A DNA stretch of 64,000 bases, from positions 1,546-65,545 of IMG/VR virus record IMGVR_UViG_3300010354_000080; one strand, given 5' to 3'. The translations under genes and the position numbers were made by a program. The notes below the pieces were generated by a model. That model had not been told where the DNA came from and did not search any database. It worked only from the letters and a program-made list of their open reading frames with translations. Positions 48,259-57,193 of the stretch are shown in pieces. Source of the stretch: a virus (taxonomy: Duplodnaviria > Caudoviricetes). The stretch's first letter is position 1. The number at the start of each line of letters is the position of its first letter.

Positions 48259-50172
48259 ATGTCCCAGCCACAAGTCCCCATCTGGATGTCCAGAGAAGCC
48301 ATCAGCACCCTGTCCAAGGGGTATCTGTATCAGGGGGAGACACCACGGGGGTTGTACGAGCGTGTAGCCAATCAGGCAGCCAAACTACTAAACTATCCTG
48401 AGATCTCCCAGGACATCTTCGAGATGCTGTGGAAGGGGTACCTCGGACTCGCCACTCCAGTGGCTAGTAATTTCGGAACCTCCCGTGGCTTGCCTATCAG
48501 CTGCTACTCTAATCACATCGCCGATTCGGTTCCTTCGATCTACTCCCACCTCAAGGAATCGGCCGCCCTCTCCCAGCATGGCGGTGGGGTTGGTACCTAC
48601 TTCGGGGATATCCGTCCTGCCGGAGCACCAATCTCCTCGGGTGGTAAGAGTACCGGAGTGGTGCCGTGGATGAGACAGTTTGACCAGTGCGCGGCGGTAG
48701 TCTCCCAGGGTGGTGTTAGGAGAGGTAGCTTCGCTCTTTACCTCCCCATCGACCACCCCGACCTCCCTGAGGTCCTACGCTCCAAGGACCACTCCCAGGG
48801 CGATCCACGTGATTTCATCGACAGCAATATCGCCGTTACGGTTACCGATGAGTGGGTGGAAAGTCTGCTCTCGGGTGATCGTGAGAAGCAGAAACTCTTC
48901 GGCGAGGTGCTCAAAGCGCGGCTTGTGTCCGGGTCTCCTTACATCGTGTTTGTAGACAATGCCAACAGAGCCAATCCTGAATGCTATACTCAGCGTGGGC
49001 TAAGCGTCAAGCTTAGCAACCTCTGCTCGGAAATCTTCCTCCACACTGACGAGAATCACACCTTCGTCTGTGTTCTCTCCTCGCTTAATCTATCGCGCTG
49101 GGAGGAGTGGAAGGACTGGACAGGCCCCGCAACTGGCAAAACCGCGCCGGAGCTGGCTGTGTACCTACTGGACGCGGTTGTTGAGGAGTTCTGCCATAAG
49201 GCCGATAGGATCACCTCGATGGGCAGAGCTGTTCGTTTTGCTCGCAAATCCCGGGCTCTTGGCCTGGGCACCATGGGCCTCCACGCTCTCTACCAGTCCA
49301 AACATCTCCCCTTCGCGTCCGACGGAGCACGTCAGCTCAACGCAGAAGTCCACAAGTTCATCAAGGAAAAAGCCATTAAAGCTTCGCGGGACATGGCCGC
49401 TACCTACGGCGAGCCAGAGTGGTGCCAGGGCACCGGCCTACGTCATACCCACCTCATGGCCATCGCCCCCACCAAGTCCAACTCCGTAATCTGCGGAGCT
49501 GGGAGCGAGGGCATCGAGCCCATCGACGCCAACTACTACGTTGCCAAACAGGCCAAGGGTACCTTCGTCAGGAAGAATAAGTACCTTGTTGATTACCTGG
49601 AGAAGATCGGCCGTAACACCGACGAGACGTGGGAATCTATTCTGGAGTTCAGGGGATCGGTGCAGCATCTTGACTTCCTGGATGCCGAGGCCAAAGACGT
49701 ATTTAAGACTGCTCGTGAAGTCGATCAGTTCGAGATTATCCGCCAGGCCTCAGACCGCCAGAAGTTCATCTGTCAGGGCCAGTCTATCAATCTCTTCGTC
49801 GATCCTGAGGCCACTCCAGAGTACCTCTTCAGGTTGCACCTCAGCGCCTGGAAGGGAGGACTCAAGTCCCTCTACTATCTTAAGAGCTCGTCATTGCTCG
49901 TTAAGAAGAAGAAACCAGGGGCGATCAAAGAGGCCAAAATTATTACCAAATCCGATTGCCCATACTGCTCCATGGCCAAATCACTGCTCCGTAGCCAAGG
50001 CTGGACCATCAACGATGTGGATAGAGCGGACGTTCCCAACTCCGAGTGGGTGTGGAAGACCGTGCCTCAGATCTGGCTTAACGGCCAGCATGTGGGAGGT
50101 TACACCAATCTCTCCGAGAAGCTTGGTCAGGGCGAGAAAACATACGGGGAGTGCGCGGCCTGCGAGGGTTAA
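48259..50172 (+). CDS. nrdA: ribonucleotide reductase class Ia alpha subunit with C-terminal glutaredoxin domain
   Basis: LPISC, SQGGVRRG, SNLCSEI, VCVLSS, AIAPT, QGQS, KSLYY; then Grx (CPYC..TVPQI..VGGY) and terminal CAACEG; TGATATAAT upstream. Confidence 0.95.
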   Translation: MSQPQVPIWMSREAISTLSKGYLYQGETPRGLYERVANQAAKLLNYPEISQDIFEMLWKGYLGLATPVASNFGTSRGLPISCYSNHIADSVPSIYSHLKESAALSQHGGGVGTYFGDIRPAGAPISSGGKSTGVVPWMRQFDQCAAVVSQGGVRRGSFALYLPIDHPDLPEVLRSKDHSQGDPRDFIDSNIAVTVTDEWVESLLSGDREKQKLFGEVLKARLVSGSPYIVFVDNANRANPECYTQRGLSVKLSNLCSEIFLHTDENHTFVCVLSSLNLSRWEEWKDWTGPATGKTAPELAVYLLDAVVEEFCHKADRITSMGRAVRFARKSRALGLGTMGLHALYQSKHLPFASDGARQLNAEVHKFIKEKAIKASRDMAATYGEPEWCQGTGLRHTHLMAIAPTKSNSVICGAGSEGIEPIDANYYVAKQAKGTFVRKNKYLVDYLEKIGRNTDETWESILEFRGSVQHLDFLDAEAKDVFKTAREVDQFEIIRQASDRQKFICQGQSINLFVDPEATPEYLFRLHLSAWKGGLKSLYYLKSSSLLVKKKKPGAIKEAKIITKSDCPYCSMAKSLLRSQGWTINDVDRADVPNSEWVWKTVPQIWLNGQHVGGYTNLSEKLGQGEKTYGECAACEG

Positions 50173-50174
50173 AA

Positions 50175-50744
50175 ATGAAAAAATTTTTACATCACAAAAT
50201 ACCTCAGAGTAGAGGGGGTGGGAACGAAACATGGAATTTGATAGAATTAAACGCTTATGAGCATGCGTATGAGCATGCTCTGGATTTTGTTTTATTTAGT
50301 TCTTCTCCGTCTTTTGATTGCAGACAACCCGGATGGAAACTACTTCCAGAAGATCTTAAAGAAGCAGTTAGAAAAGAAATTTCTAACAGGATGAAAGGTA
50401 ACAAACTTGCTCAAGGGCGCGGAGAATCAAAAAGAGGGGCAAAAAATGGGATGTGGGGAAGGAAAGGCTCTCTTCATCCAGCTTTTGGTAGAAAAAGACC
50501 GCAAGAAGAACGTAATAGAATCTCTGAATCAAATAAGGGCCGCTTCTTTACAAAAGAGCATAGAAATAACATCTCTAAATCCAGAACTGGAACAAAAATG
50601 AGCGAAGAGTTCAAACTTAAAAGATCCAGAGATGCAACTGGCCGATTTTGGGTGACAGATTTAGAAGGATGTGGTAGAATGCTAAAGAAGGGAACTCCTC
50701 TACCTCCAGGATATACTCTGGGGAGACCTAAAAAATCGCAGTAA
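50175..50744 (+). mobile_element. free-standing HNH/NUMOD3 homing endonuclease
   Basis: HHKIPQSRGG..NLIELNAYEH..H; basic NUMOD3-like repeats; visibly AT-rich. Confidence 0.75.
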
Positions 50745-50748
50745 ATTA

Positions 50749-51225
50749 ATGGATTTTGTAAAATTTATCAACGAAGGCTTCGAATCCCAAGAAAAATACG
50801 CCGAGAAGATTGGTAGCGTAGGTCCCACAATGCTGATGAAGTACGAGGAGAAACACGGCTATCTTAGCGAGGACCTGCTCACCTACCGCTACGAGAAGGT
50901 CATCGAGTACTTCGGCCATCTCATGGAAGAGGCAATCGAAGCTCGGGTGTATGTCCCTCGACGCTCTTGGAAGAATAAGGAAAAAAGCTATATGGACTCT
51001 CCCGAACTTCGCCGAGAGTTTATCGCTGAGATGTACGATATTACTCTATTTTTCCGAGCCATTCTCGCCTACGCCGGCGTGACCGGAGAAGAGTTCGCCG
51101 AGATCGCCGCTCAAAAGCAAGCCTACAATCAGGTCCGCCCAGACCACAATATCAACGGAACCGCTGAGGTTACCTCTAGCCCCTCCGAAGAGCTACAGGG
51201 CAACTGCGAATCCGCTTCCTTCTAA
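50749..51225 (+). CDS. all-alpha NTP pyrophosphatase (dimeric dUTPase/dCTPase family)
   Basis: LMEEAIEA..RRSWK..AEMYDITLF..KQAYNQVR pattern of the dUTPase_2 / T4 gp56 family. Confidence 0.75.
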   Translation: MDFVKFINEGFESQEKYAEKIGSVGPTMLMKYEEKHGYLSEDLLTYRYEKVIEYFGHLMEEAIEARVYVPRRSWKNKEKSYMDSPELRREFIAEMYDITLFFRAILAYAGVTGEEFAEIAAQKQAYNQVRPDHNINGTAEVTSSPSEELQGNCESASF

Positions 51226-51230
51226 CTGCC

Positions 51231-51413
51231 ATGTCACCCTTTCCCCGTCAGCGTCTCATCTCCAAAATCGACGATTCCGCTTGCAGAAATTGCGCTGGGC
51301 GGGGATTTCTAATCATAGAACGAAACCGTCCTGGCGGAATCGTATTACCCAACGAAATTATAGAATGCGGAGTCTGCGATGGTACCGGAAAACGTAAAAC
51401 AGATCAGGCCTGA
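51231..51413 (+). CDS. small DnaJ-type zinc-finger protein
   Basis: CRNCAGRG and CGVCDGTG (two CxxCxGxG motifs). Confidence 0.6.
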   Translation: MSPFPRQRLISKIDDSACRNCAGRGFLIIERNRPGGIVLPNEIIECGVCDGTGKRKTDQA

Positions 51414-51864
51414 GACCAGAGTACTTGTACTTAACGCCTCGTACGAACCCCTCCATATCACAAGCTGGAAGAGAGCTATCATCCTCCTGCTGAAGGAGAA
51501 GGCGCTTGTAGTCTCAGCCAAAGTCATTCGCCTAACCGAGTACATCCGGATTCCGTTCGCGAGGATCAATTCCGTCAAACCATCACGGGCTCTCATCTAT
51601 AAGAGAGACGGGCATAAGTGCCAGTACTGCGGAGCTACGAGAAGGCTAACTATCGACCACGTGGTTCCGAGGAGTCGTGGTGGCGGGGACACATGGGAGA
51701 ATATGGTGGTAGCCTGCTCATCATGTAATACAAAGAAGGGTGACACTCTTCTCGAGCAGACGGGGATGAAGTTGGCGAGAAAACCCTTCGCTCCAGCCAA
51801 CCGATTCTTGCTGAGTCTTATCGACTCCGACTCTCCCGAGTGGCTTCAGTACGCATTCGGTTAA
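51379..51864 (+). CDS. HNH endonuclease (McrA-like, cyanobacterial type)
   Basis: VLVLNASYEPL, RDGHKCQYCG, LTIDHVVPRSRGG..WENMVVACSSCN. Confidence 0.9.
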   Translation: MVPENVKQIRPETRVLVLNASYEPLHITSWKRAIILLLKEKALVVSAKVIRLTEYIRIPFARINSVKPSRALIYKRDGHKCQYCGATRRLTIDHVVPRSRGGGDTWENMVVACSSCNTKKGDTLLEQTGMKLARKPFAPANRFLLSLIDSDSPEWLQYAFG

Positions 51865-51866
51865 AG
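51859..51866 (+). promoter_or_regulatory. late promoter variant GGTTAAAG
   Basis: 8 nt upstream of the riboswitch 5' end. Confidence 0.55.
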
Positions 51867-51874
51867 ACACATAG

Positions 51875-51987
51875 ATCGTTCATCGGGGAAATATCTGTAC
51901 TTCTCCGACGGAAGTAGGCCGACTCGGAACGTAGTCGTTCATTCTCTATTCGGAAATAGAGAACGCAAAAGCCGACTGAAGGAACGC
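51875..51987 (+). ncRNA. tandem glutamine riboswitch (glnA-type RNA motif, two aptamers)
   Basis: Aptamer 1: ATCGTTCATC-stem-GACGGAAGTAG..GGAACG. Aptamer 2: TCGTTCAT-TCTCTATT/AATAGAGA-ACGCAAAAGCCGACTGAAGGAACGC. Both have P1 CGTTC/GAACG; lies upstream of a YRG peptide. Confidence 0.85.
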
Positions 51988-52020
51988 ACCAGTACCCTAA
52001 CAAGTAACGGAGCAAACCTA

Positions 52021-52164
52021 ATGTCCAAAGTAGTTTACCGCGGTGTTGAGTATGACACTGAAAAGCGTCTTCAGTACCAGCAACAGATGCAACAGCAACC
52101 ACAGCAGTATAATGAGATCTACCGTGGTGTGAAGTTTGTAAAGAAAGAGGGGGAGAAGGAATGA
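52021..52164 (+). CDS. DUF4278-like small protein (47 aa, Gln-rich; not in the ORF track)
   Basis: MSKVVYRGVEYDTEKRLQYQQQMQQQPQQYNEIYRGVKFVKKEGEKE; two YRGV motifs; GGAG SD. Confidence 0.85.
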   Translation: MSKVVYRGVEYDTEKRLQYQQQMQQQPQQYNEIYRGVKFVKKEGEKE

Positions 52165-52259
52165 GATCCATCAACGTCCTCCAGCTCATCAAGGAGCAGA
52201 AGCAAAAACAAGATAGGCGCCACAAAGCGTCCATCGCCCACCTGATTCAATCCAGGTAG
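52161..52259 (+). CDS. 32-aa basic micro-protein (not in the ORF track)
   Basis: MRSINVLQLIKEQKQKQDRRHKASIAHLIQSR; ATGA overlap with the upstream stop; purine-rich SD. Confidence 0.7.
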   Translation: MRSINVLQLIKEQKQKQDRRHKASIAHLIQSR

Positions 52260-52269
52260 ATTAAAGCTC

Positions 52270-52296
52270 GGAGGGGAGGAATCTTCCCTCCTTTTT
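52270..52296 (+). terminator. intrinsic terminator closing the riboswitch operon
   Basis: GGAGGGGAG-gaat-CTTCCCTCC followed by TTTTT. Confidence 0.8.
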
Positions 52297-52302
52297 AATG
52301 TT

Positions 52303-52869
52303 ATGAGTTTTTACTTTTCTTTTGGTAAGCAAAAGCCTTCTCAAAGGGAGACGGTGTTTCAAGCAGCGGTTCTCTGGACAATACTCGAGCCTCTTATCGA
52401 CTGGGTGCTGGATTTTGTAAACCGTAAAGTACTTGCTAAAGTTGACGGTAAAGCGCTAAAAACCGTCTTCGACGAGTTGGATATCTTCTGGCTTAGAAAC
52501 AACTCCTCCAGGGAGTACGACGAATCACAAGTCCGGCTCATCATCGCTATGATAGTAAGGGCTACAGCTGATGGCCAACTCACCCGCCAGGAACTACTCG
52601 CCATTGTAGACTTCATCCAGCGCAAGTGGGTACCTCAGGAAGCTCTGAAGAAGACTTTTACGCAAACAGACGAGGTCATCGAGGCGAGGGTGGTGGCAAC
52701 AGTTGACGAGGCCATAGAGCTTTATCAGAAGAAATACGAAGAAAGGCCACTAACCCCAGAGGAGTTTGTGGCCAGTACCGCGGAGATCATCTTCCACGAG
52801 CCGGACGGGAGCGAAGCTCAAGCCCTTCTCGGTGGGAGGATGCAGATTAAGAATAAGCTTATATACTGA
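52303..52869 (+). CDS. hypothetical protein
   Basis: 188 aa helical ORF with no recognised motif. Confidence 0.55.
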   Translation: MSFYFSFGKQKPSQRETVFQAAVLWTILEPLIDWVLDFVNRKVLAKVDGKALKTVFDELDIFWLRNNSSREYDESQVRLIIAMIVRATADGQLTRQELLAIVDFIQRKWVPQEALKKTFTQTDEVIEARVVATVDEAIELYQKKYEERPLTPEEFVASTAEIIFHEPDGSEAQALLGGRMQIKNKLIY

Positions 52870-52873
52870 GCGC

Positions 52874-54073
52874 TCATAGCGCCCAGATGGGCTTCATCGT
52901 GTCCTTGGAGGCAGTGTTGTTCTGGCGCAGAATCGCTCCATTGGGCCTATCCACCCACTCCCGATCGCCGTCGAGAGCCGAAACAATCTCCTCCACCCAG
53001 TCCCTAGCCGTGCACGCGGGCACGTTCTGACACACCACGTTGCTGTGCTTGGTGGGGATGGAGACTTTCGCCGCGTAGTCATCTGGGAAACCCATGAGCC
53101 CAAGGCCCTCTGCAACGGTGAGCCAGCGGTCCTCGTAGGGATGCATGAGGTACGGCAGCGACTTCCACATCAGGGACTGCGTCCTGAACCAGGCCAGTTT
53201 CATGCTTCCGTCCATGATGTTCTTCCCGGCCTTTTTCTTCTCAAGAGTGTAATTGAGCCAACGCTTAGCCTTCTCGTCTTTGATGACTCGGGCCGCCTCT
53301 TCCAACCATCCAGAGTCGTAGATAACATTCCAGGTGGAGGTCATGCGCTCCGAAGCCACCTTGGAGAGGATGTCCTGCTTGGTGTAGCCGGCGTACTTCT
53401 CCTCGATAAACTGCCATAGGGGATCGGCGCTCGGCGTACCCTTGGTATTCACGGGTTCCGACGGGGCGAATCTTCCCTCCTTGAGGAACTTATGGAAGGG
53501 CTTAAAGTCCCGCTTGATAGGAGCCAGTACGGGGACTTTGCTTCCCTGCCACAGGAAAAAGAACGATCTGGTCCGCTCCTGGGGTACGCCATGGTTGATC
53601 GAGGTGGTCTTAATCAGACTCATGGAGTAGTCGTACTTGGCCGCAAGAGCGTTGATTCGTTCGGCAAACTCCTCTCCCATCTTCGAGTACAGAGCGGGAG
53701 CATTCTCCACCATGATGGCCTTGGGTTTGATCTTGGACATGGCAAACTCTGACGCGTGGTACATGTGCATGTTGCTAGGTGCCGAGCAACCACGTGGGTT
53801 GTTCACCTTGTCGCCAGAGGTGGTATTGGCCATGGAGAGACCAGCGCATGGCGGCAGGCAGGTTACAATATCTACGTACTTGGAGGGATAATTACCCTCA
53901 TCGAGGTTATGGAAAGGTACTTTGTCGAAGTACTTCAGGCAGTACTGATCATTGGCACCGAAGCTATTGCTCCAGGACGCGATCCACTCGGGCTCCTTCT
54001 CCAGTGCCAGAGTCGCTCCTACGGTGCTGCCTCCAACAAGAGGGATGATGTGTCCGTGGGTGTAAGTGGTCAT
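52874..54073 (-). CDS. C5 cytosine DNA methyltransferase with atypical motif I
   Basis: PPCAGLS (IV), VENAP (VI), GVPQERTR (VIII), RWLTVAEG (IX), QNVP (X); motif I reads IIPLVGG instead of FxGxGG. Confidence 0.85.
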   Translation of the reverse strand: MTTYTHGHIIPLVGGSTVGATLALEKEPEWIASWSNSFGANDQYCLKYFDKVPFHNLDEGNYPSKYVDIVTCLPPCAGLSMANTTSGDKVNNPRGCSAPSNMHMYHASEFAMSKIKPKAIMVENAPALYSKMGEEFAERINALAAKYDYSMSLIKTTSINHGVPQERTRSFFFLWQGSKVPVLAPIKRDFKPFHKFLKEGRFAPSEPVNTKGTPSADPLWQFIEEKYAGYTKQDILSKVASERMTSTWNVIYDSGWLEEAARVIKDEKAKRWLNYTLEKKKAGKNIMDGSMKLAWFRTQSLMWKSLPYLMHPYEDRWLTVAEGLGLMGFPDDYAAKVSIPTKHSNVVCQNVPACTARDWVEEIVSALDGDREWVDRPNGAILRQNNTASKDTMKPIWAL

Positions 54074-54117
54074 GGTAAGATGTCTTGTATACAGGGACCT
54101 TAGACTGAAACTCTAAG

Positions 54118-54125
54118 GTTTAAAG
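54118..54125 (+). promoter_or_regulatory. putative late promoter GTTTAAAG
   Basis: 24 nt upstream of ATG 54150. Confidence 0.65.
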
Positions 54126-54149
54126 ACTAATGATTAGGCGTTTGTACGC

Positions 54150-56483
54150 ATGTTAGACGAGGTTTTAAAGCCCGAGGATTGGGGCGTAGCTAGTAAGGAC
54201 GAGTGGGTGGCGGATAGACCCCTCTCCGGCGAGGCCGTTATGCCCGCTCTTGAGGGTAGAGATATTGTGGGATTTAGCGAGAGTGTAGATTTTGCTATTA
54301 AGTTGGCTCCAGGCAAGCCTCCAAATGCTCAGCAGTGGACCGATGAGGGGGGTAGGCCAGTAAGATTCAATCCTTCTACGAAGTCTTGGTATCATATCGA
54401 CCAGTCTGGAAAGAAGGACCTTCAGAAAAGACTAGATACTCAAGGGCAGCAGGATAGAAGACCAGAGCCTAAGTCCGAGGAAAAACCTCTGCCTAAGCCC
54501 GCGCCTAAGAAAAAAGAGACGCCAGCGCCAGCGCCAGCGCCCGCTCCCAGCACAAAACCACCTCAGCCTCCCAAGGAGCGGGTTACACAAAAACAGCAAG
54601 AGCCACCTCCTGAAAAATCTCAGGAGCAAAGCACTTCTCAAAACCCCTACGCAATAGATCAGTCGACTTCTCAATCAATATCCAGAGTAAAAAATCTTAG
54701 CTCCATTCCAGCAACGGATCCCGCGTTTAAATCTGGACAAGTGGCATTCAAGCAGATAGATGAGCACTACTCCAAGCAGTCTCCTAACGATGAAGCTTTG
54801 TCAAGATTGTCGGGTAAAGGTGGCTTTGGTAATAAGATAATGACGGCTCTACTGAAAGATTTCGATCTAGATCAGCAGGTAGAAATCAAAAAGAAGACAT
54901 TCGTAACTCCTCGCGATATTCTTCAGCAAGCGGGCCTTGATGTAAATAATCCTGAAAGAGTAAAGAAATTTCAGTCTTTGCTTCAAGGGCTCAACTCACA
55001 CCTAGGTCCTGACGGAAACTGGAAAACGTCCCCCGTGCATTCTCTGTCCGAAGGATTGGGATTTTTTGAGGCGGAACACATTCAGCACAGAGCGGATATG
55101 GCCGACTCGAGTACGTCTCCGTCGGATTTGAGAGTAAAAGCCTTTTCTGTGGGAGCCGACTTTGACGACTCTTCCTCCTGGGCTGATATGTCCCCTGATG
55201 AGATAGATCTTGCTTTCCATCTTCTCCCGACCGGGGCTCAGACGTCGCTGAAGAAGAGTGGATCACCAGATAAATACTACGATCCTCTATCTCCAGACGG
55301 ACAGAGCAAGAATCCAACTGATCTTCGAGGAAGGCTAGCTCTATTTATGTGGGCTAAACAAGGTGGAAGAGATGGGTATTCCCTATCGGGCATGCAAAGG
55401 TCCCCTGGAGAGTTTCAGGTAGAGCACGTACAAGATCTGTCCTCTGGAGGTAAAGATACCGCATCTAATTTTGTGATGTTACTCAAGAGAGTTAATGAGC
55501 CTAGGTCCAGTTTACCGCTTCCTACTTTTGTAGACCAGGCTTCTAGAAGAGCAAAAGAAGTACAGAAGAATCTTGCCGATCCTAGCGGAGAATTTTTACA
55601 AACAAGGCTCAAAGCGCTTCAGCAGAGAGGAATACATGACTCATTGAGTGATAGTTCCAATCCTCTAATGGGATCCATCTCTTCACTTTCCAGTCCAGAA
55701 TTCTTCAAGCTAATACAAAAGAACTCCGAGTCGTTGCCGGAAAACCTTCGGCCATCCGCAGATGATTTTAATAAGTTTGCCGATAGCATAAATTCTATAA
55801 CCGACCCCAACACCAAGATTTCTGACCTTAGCGCCCCGCAGATGAACCAGCTTCTATCCTCAATGGAGGAGTTTGGAGCTGATTCAGATAAAGTAAAGGA
55901 ATACATAGGGAGATCTGTATTCAACAATTACCACGACGGTAATAGAATACAGTCTATAAAATCTGATGGCACAATTGTGGCTGGTAGAGGTGGTACTAAT
56001 GGAGCACCGGCCCCTTTGCAGTTTCTGGAAAACAGGCTCCTAGGCAGACCAGAATCCGTAACTCCAGAAGAATACCAAGCTGGATTATCATCCGTATCCA
56101 AAGCTCACGATGATATAAGAAACGCCAGAAACTCCCTAATCGAGCAAGGTGGAGGAGATTTTGCGGAATTTCATGAGACTCTTGGCCAGTCCCTGATGAC
56201 AATATGCGGATTAAGTGACTCTTCTCCAGAGTGGATAAAAAACCGAAAAATTAACACCAGAGACCTTTCAAGAACAATAGAAAATTACATCGGGACATTT
56301 CCACCAACAAGGCCTGTAAGGGGAGATCTTGCTAGTCTTTACGTTTCCGCCGCTTTAGACTATCATGGGGTTAGCAAAGAACAACTTGACAATCCCGAAC
56401 TAATTAAAAGAAAAGCTGAGAGAACAAAAGTACTAAAAATCAAGTCAGTACTCGATCAAATAACGGGTGGTAATCAATCATGA
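54150..56483 (+). CDS. large hypothetical late protein with Pro-rich linker and HNH-like motif
   Basis: 777 aa; PAPAPAP linker; FQVEHVQDLSSGGKDTASNFVMLLKRVN. Confidence 0.6.
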   Translation: MLDEVLKPEDWGVASKDEWVADRPLSGEAVMPALEGRDIVGFSESVDFAIKLAPGKPPNAQQWTDEGGRPVRFNPSTKSWYHIDQSGKKDLQKRLDTQGQQDRRPEPKSEEKPLPKPAPKKKETPAPAPAPAPSTKPPQPPKERVTQKQQEPPPEKSQEQSTSQNPYAIDQSTSQSISRVKNLSSIPATDPAFKSGQVAFKQIDEHYSKQSPNDEALSRLSGKGGFGNKIMTALLKDFDLDQQVEIKKKTFVTPRDILQQAGLDVNNPERVKKFQSLLQGLNSHLGPDGNWKTSPVHSLSEGLGFFEAEHIQHRADMADSSTSPSDLRVKAFSVGADFDDSSSWADMSPDEIDLAFHLLPTGAQTSLKKSGSPDKYYDPLSPDGQSKNPTDLRGRLALFMWAKQGGRDGYSLSGMQRSPGEFQVEHVQDLSSGGKDTASNFVMLLKRVNEPRSSLPLPTFVDQASRRAKEVQKNLADPSGEFLQTRLKALQQRGIHDSLSDSSNPLMGSISSLSSPEFFKLIQKNSESLPENLRPSADDFNKFADSINSITDPNTKISDLSAPQMNQLLSSMEEFGADSDKVKEYIGRSVFNNYHDGNRIQSIKSDGTIVAGRGGTNGAPAPLQFLENRLLGRPESVTPEEYQAGLSSVSKAHDDIRNARNSLIEQGGGDFAEFHETLGQSLMTICGLSDSSPEWIKNRKINTRDLSRTIENYIGTFPPTRPVRGDLASLYVSAALDYHGVSKEQLDNPELIKRKAERTKVLKIKSVLDQITGGNQS

Positions 56484-56956
56484 ACGATAGGTTTTCCGGA
56501 ATTATAGAAAATACCCTATATAAGCTGGATACAACGCTTGAGGAACTTGGACTCTCCTCCGACGAACTCTACGCTTACGCCAAAAAGTATAAATTTAACA
56601 CGAACGAACTAGAGTCGTTCATAAAACAACACCACAAATTGTCCCAAAATAAGCCTCAGAAACTTAATTTAACAGAAGCCGACTACCTTGAGATACTAAG
56701 AAGAAAGAAGCTTAAAGAGGGTGCCAATTACGCCGATTCCATGGTATTCTATAGGGGTAAAGTGCTGGGGCGTTGCCCGGCAGGGACTACGCGCGCGGGC
56801 AAGACGTGCATCCCTGGCGCCTCAGCCACGCCGAAAGGCGCCGGGTACAAACAGACCGATTTAGGTGGACTATCACAGGCTCAAGTTCAAGCTCTTTCCA
56901 AAGCCCAGTCCACCGAGGATATCATCAAAGCCCATAAGAAACAAAGTAAAAAATGA
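56480..56956 (+). CDS. hypothetical protein
   Basis: 158 aa; RCPAGTTRAGKTCIP cysteine motif; ATGA-coupled to the upstream gene. Confidence 0.6.
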   Translation: MNDRFSGIIENTLYKLDTTLEELGLSSDELYAYAKKYKFNTNELESFIKQHHKLSQNKPQKLNLTEADYLEILRRKKLKEGANYADSMVFYRGKVLGRCPAGTTRAGKTCIPGASATPKGAGYKQTDLGGLSQAQVQALSKAQSTEDIIKAHKKQSKK

Positions 56957-57192
56957 TCGAACGTATCACAAAGCCCATCCGCTTCGATAAGGATGTGCCA
57001 TGGCTCGTAGTAGCCCATGACGGAGAGAAATTCTTCGTCGCCAAGGAAGATGTAATCGCGGAAGACCCCGAGATGGAGCTAGTGGAGATGGGTAGTCGCT
57101 CCCTGCTCCAGTGGGCCATGGAGTACGACTACCCGCTCCGCCGGTTCGTGAAGCTTCAACGGATCCTCGTTGAGAAGTATTTCGGAGCCTAG
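56953..57192 (+). CDS. hypothetical protein
   Basis: 79 aa, 4-nt overlap with the upstream stop, genome-typical codon usage. Confidence 0.6.
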   Translation: MIERITKPIRFDKDVPWLVVAHDGEKFFVAKEDVIAEDPEMELVEMGSRSLLQWAMEYDYPLRRFVKLQRILVEKYFGA

Positions 57193-57193
57193 C

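Noticed and set aside
46401-50172. Group I intron or intein in nrdA/nrdB
   Set aside because: Both reading frames are continuous with the expected motifs; the HNH genes are free-standing
49541-50212. 223-aa alternative-frame ORF inside nrdA
   Set aside because: Arg/Ser/Pro-rich off-frame translation overlapping a well-supported gene
51875-51987. Repeated CGTTCAT/GCCGACT/GGAACG elements as a mini-CRISPR or tRNA
   Set aside because: Only two imperfect units and no cloverleaf; explained by tandem aptamers
51818-52234. 138-aa minus-strand ORF in the ORF track
   Set aside because: Antisense to the riboswitch and the two better-supported plus-strand micro-ORFs
54521-54548. GCCAGC tandem repeat
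   Set aside because: Simply encodes a PAPAPAP linker
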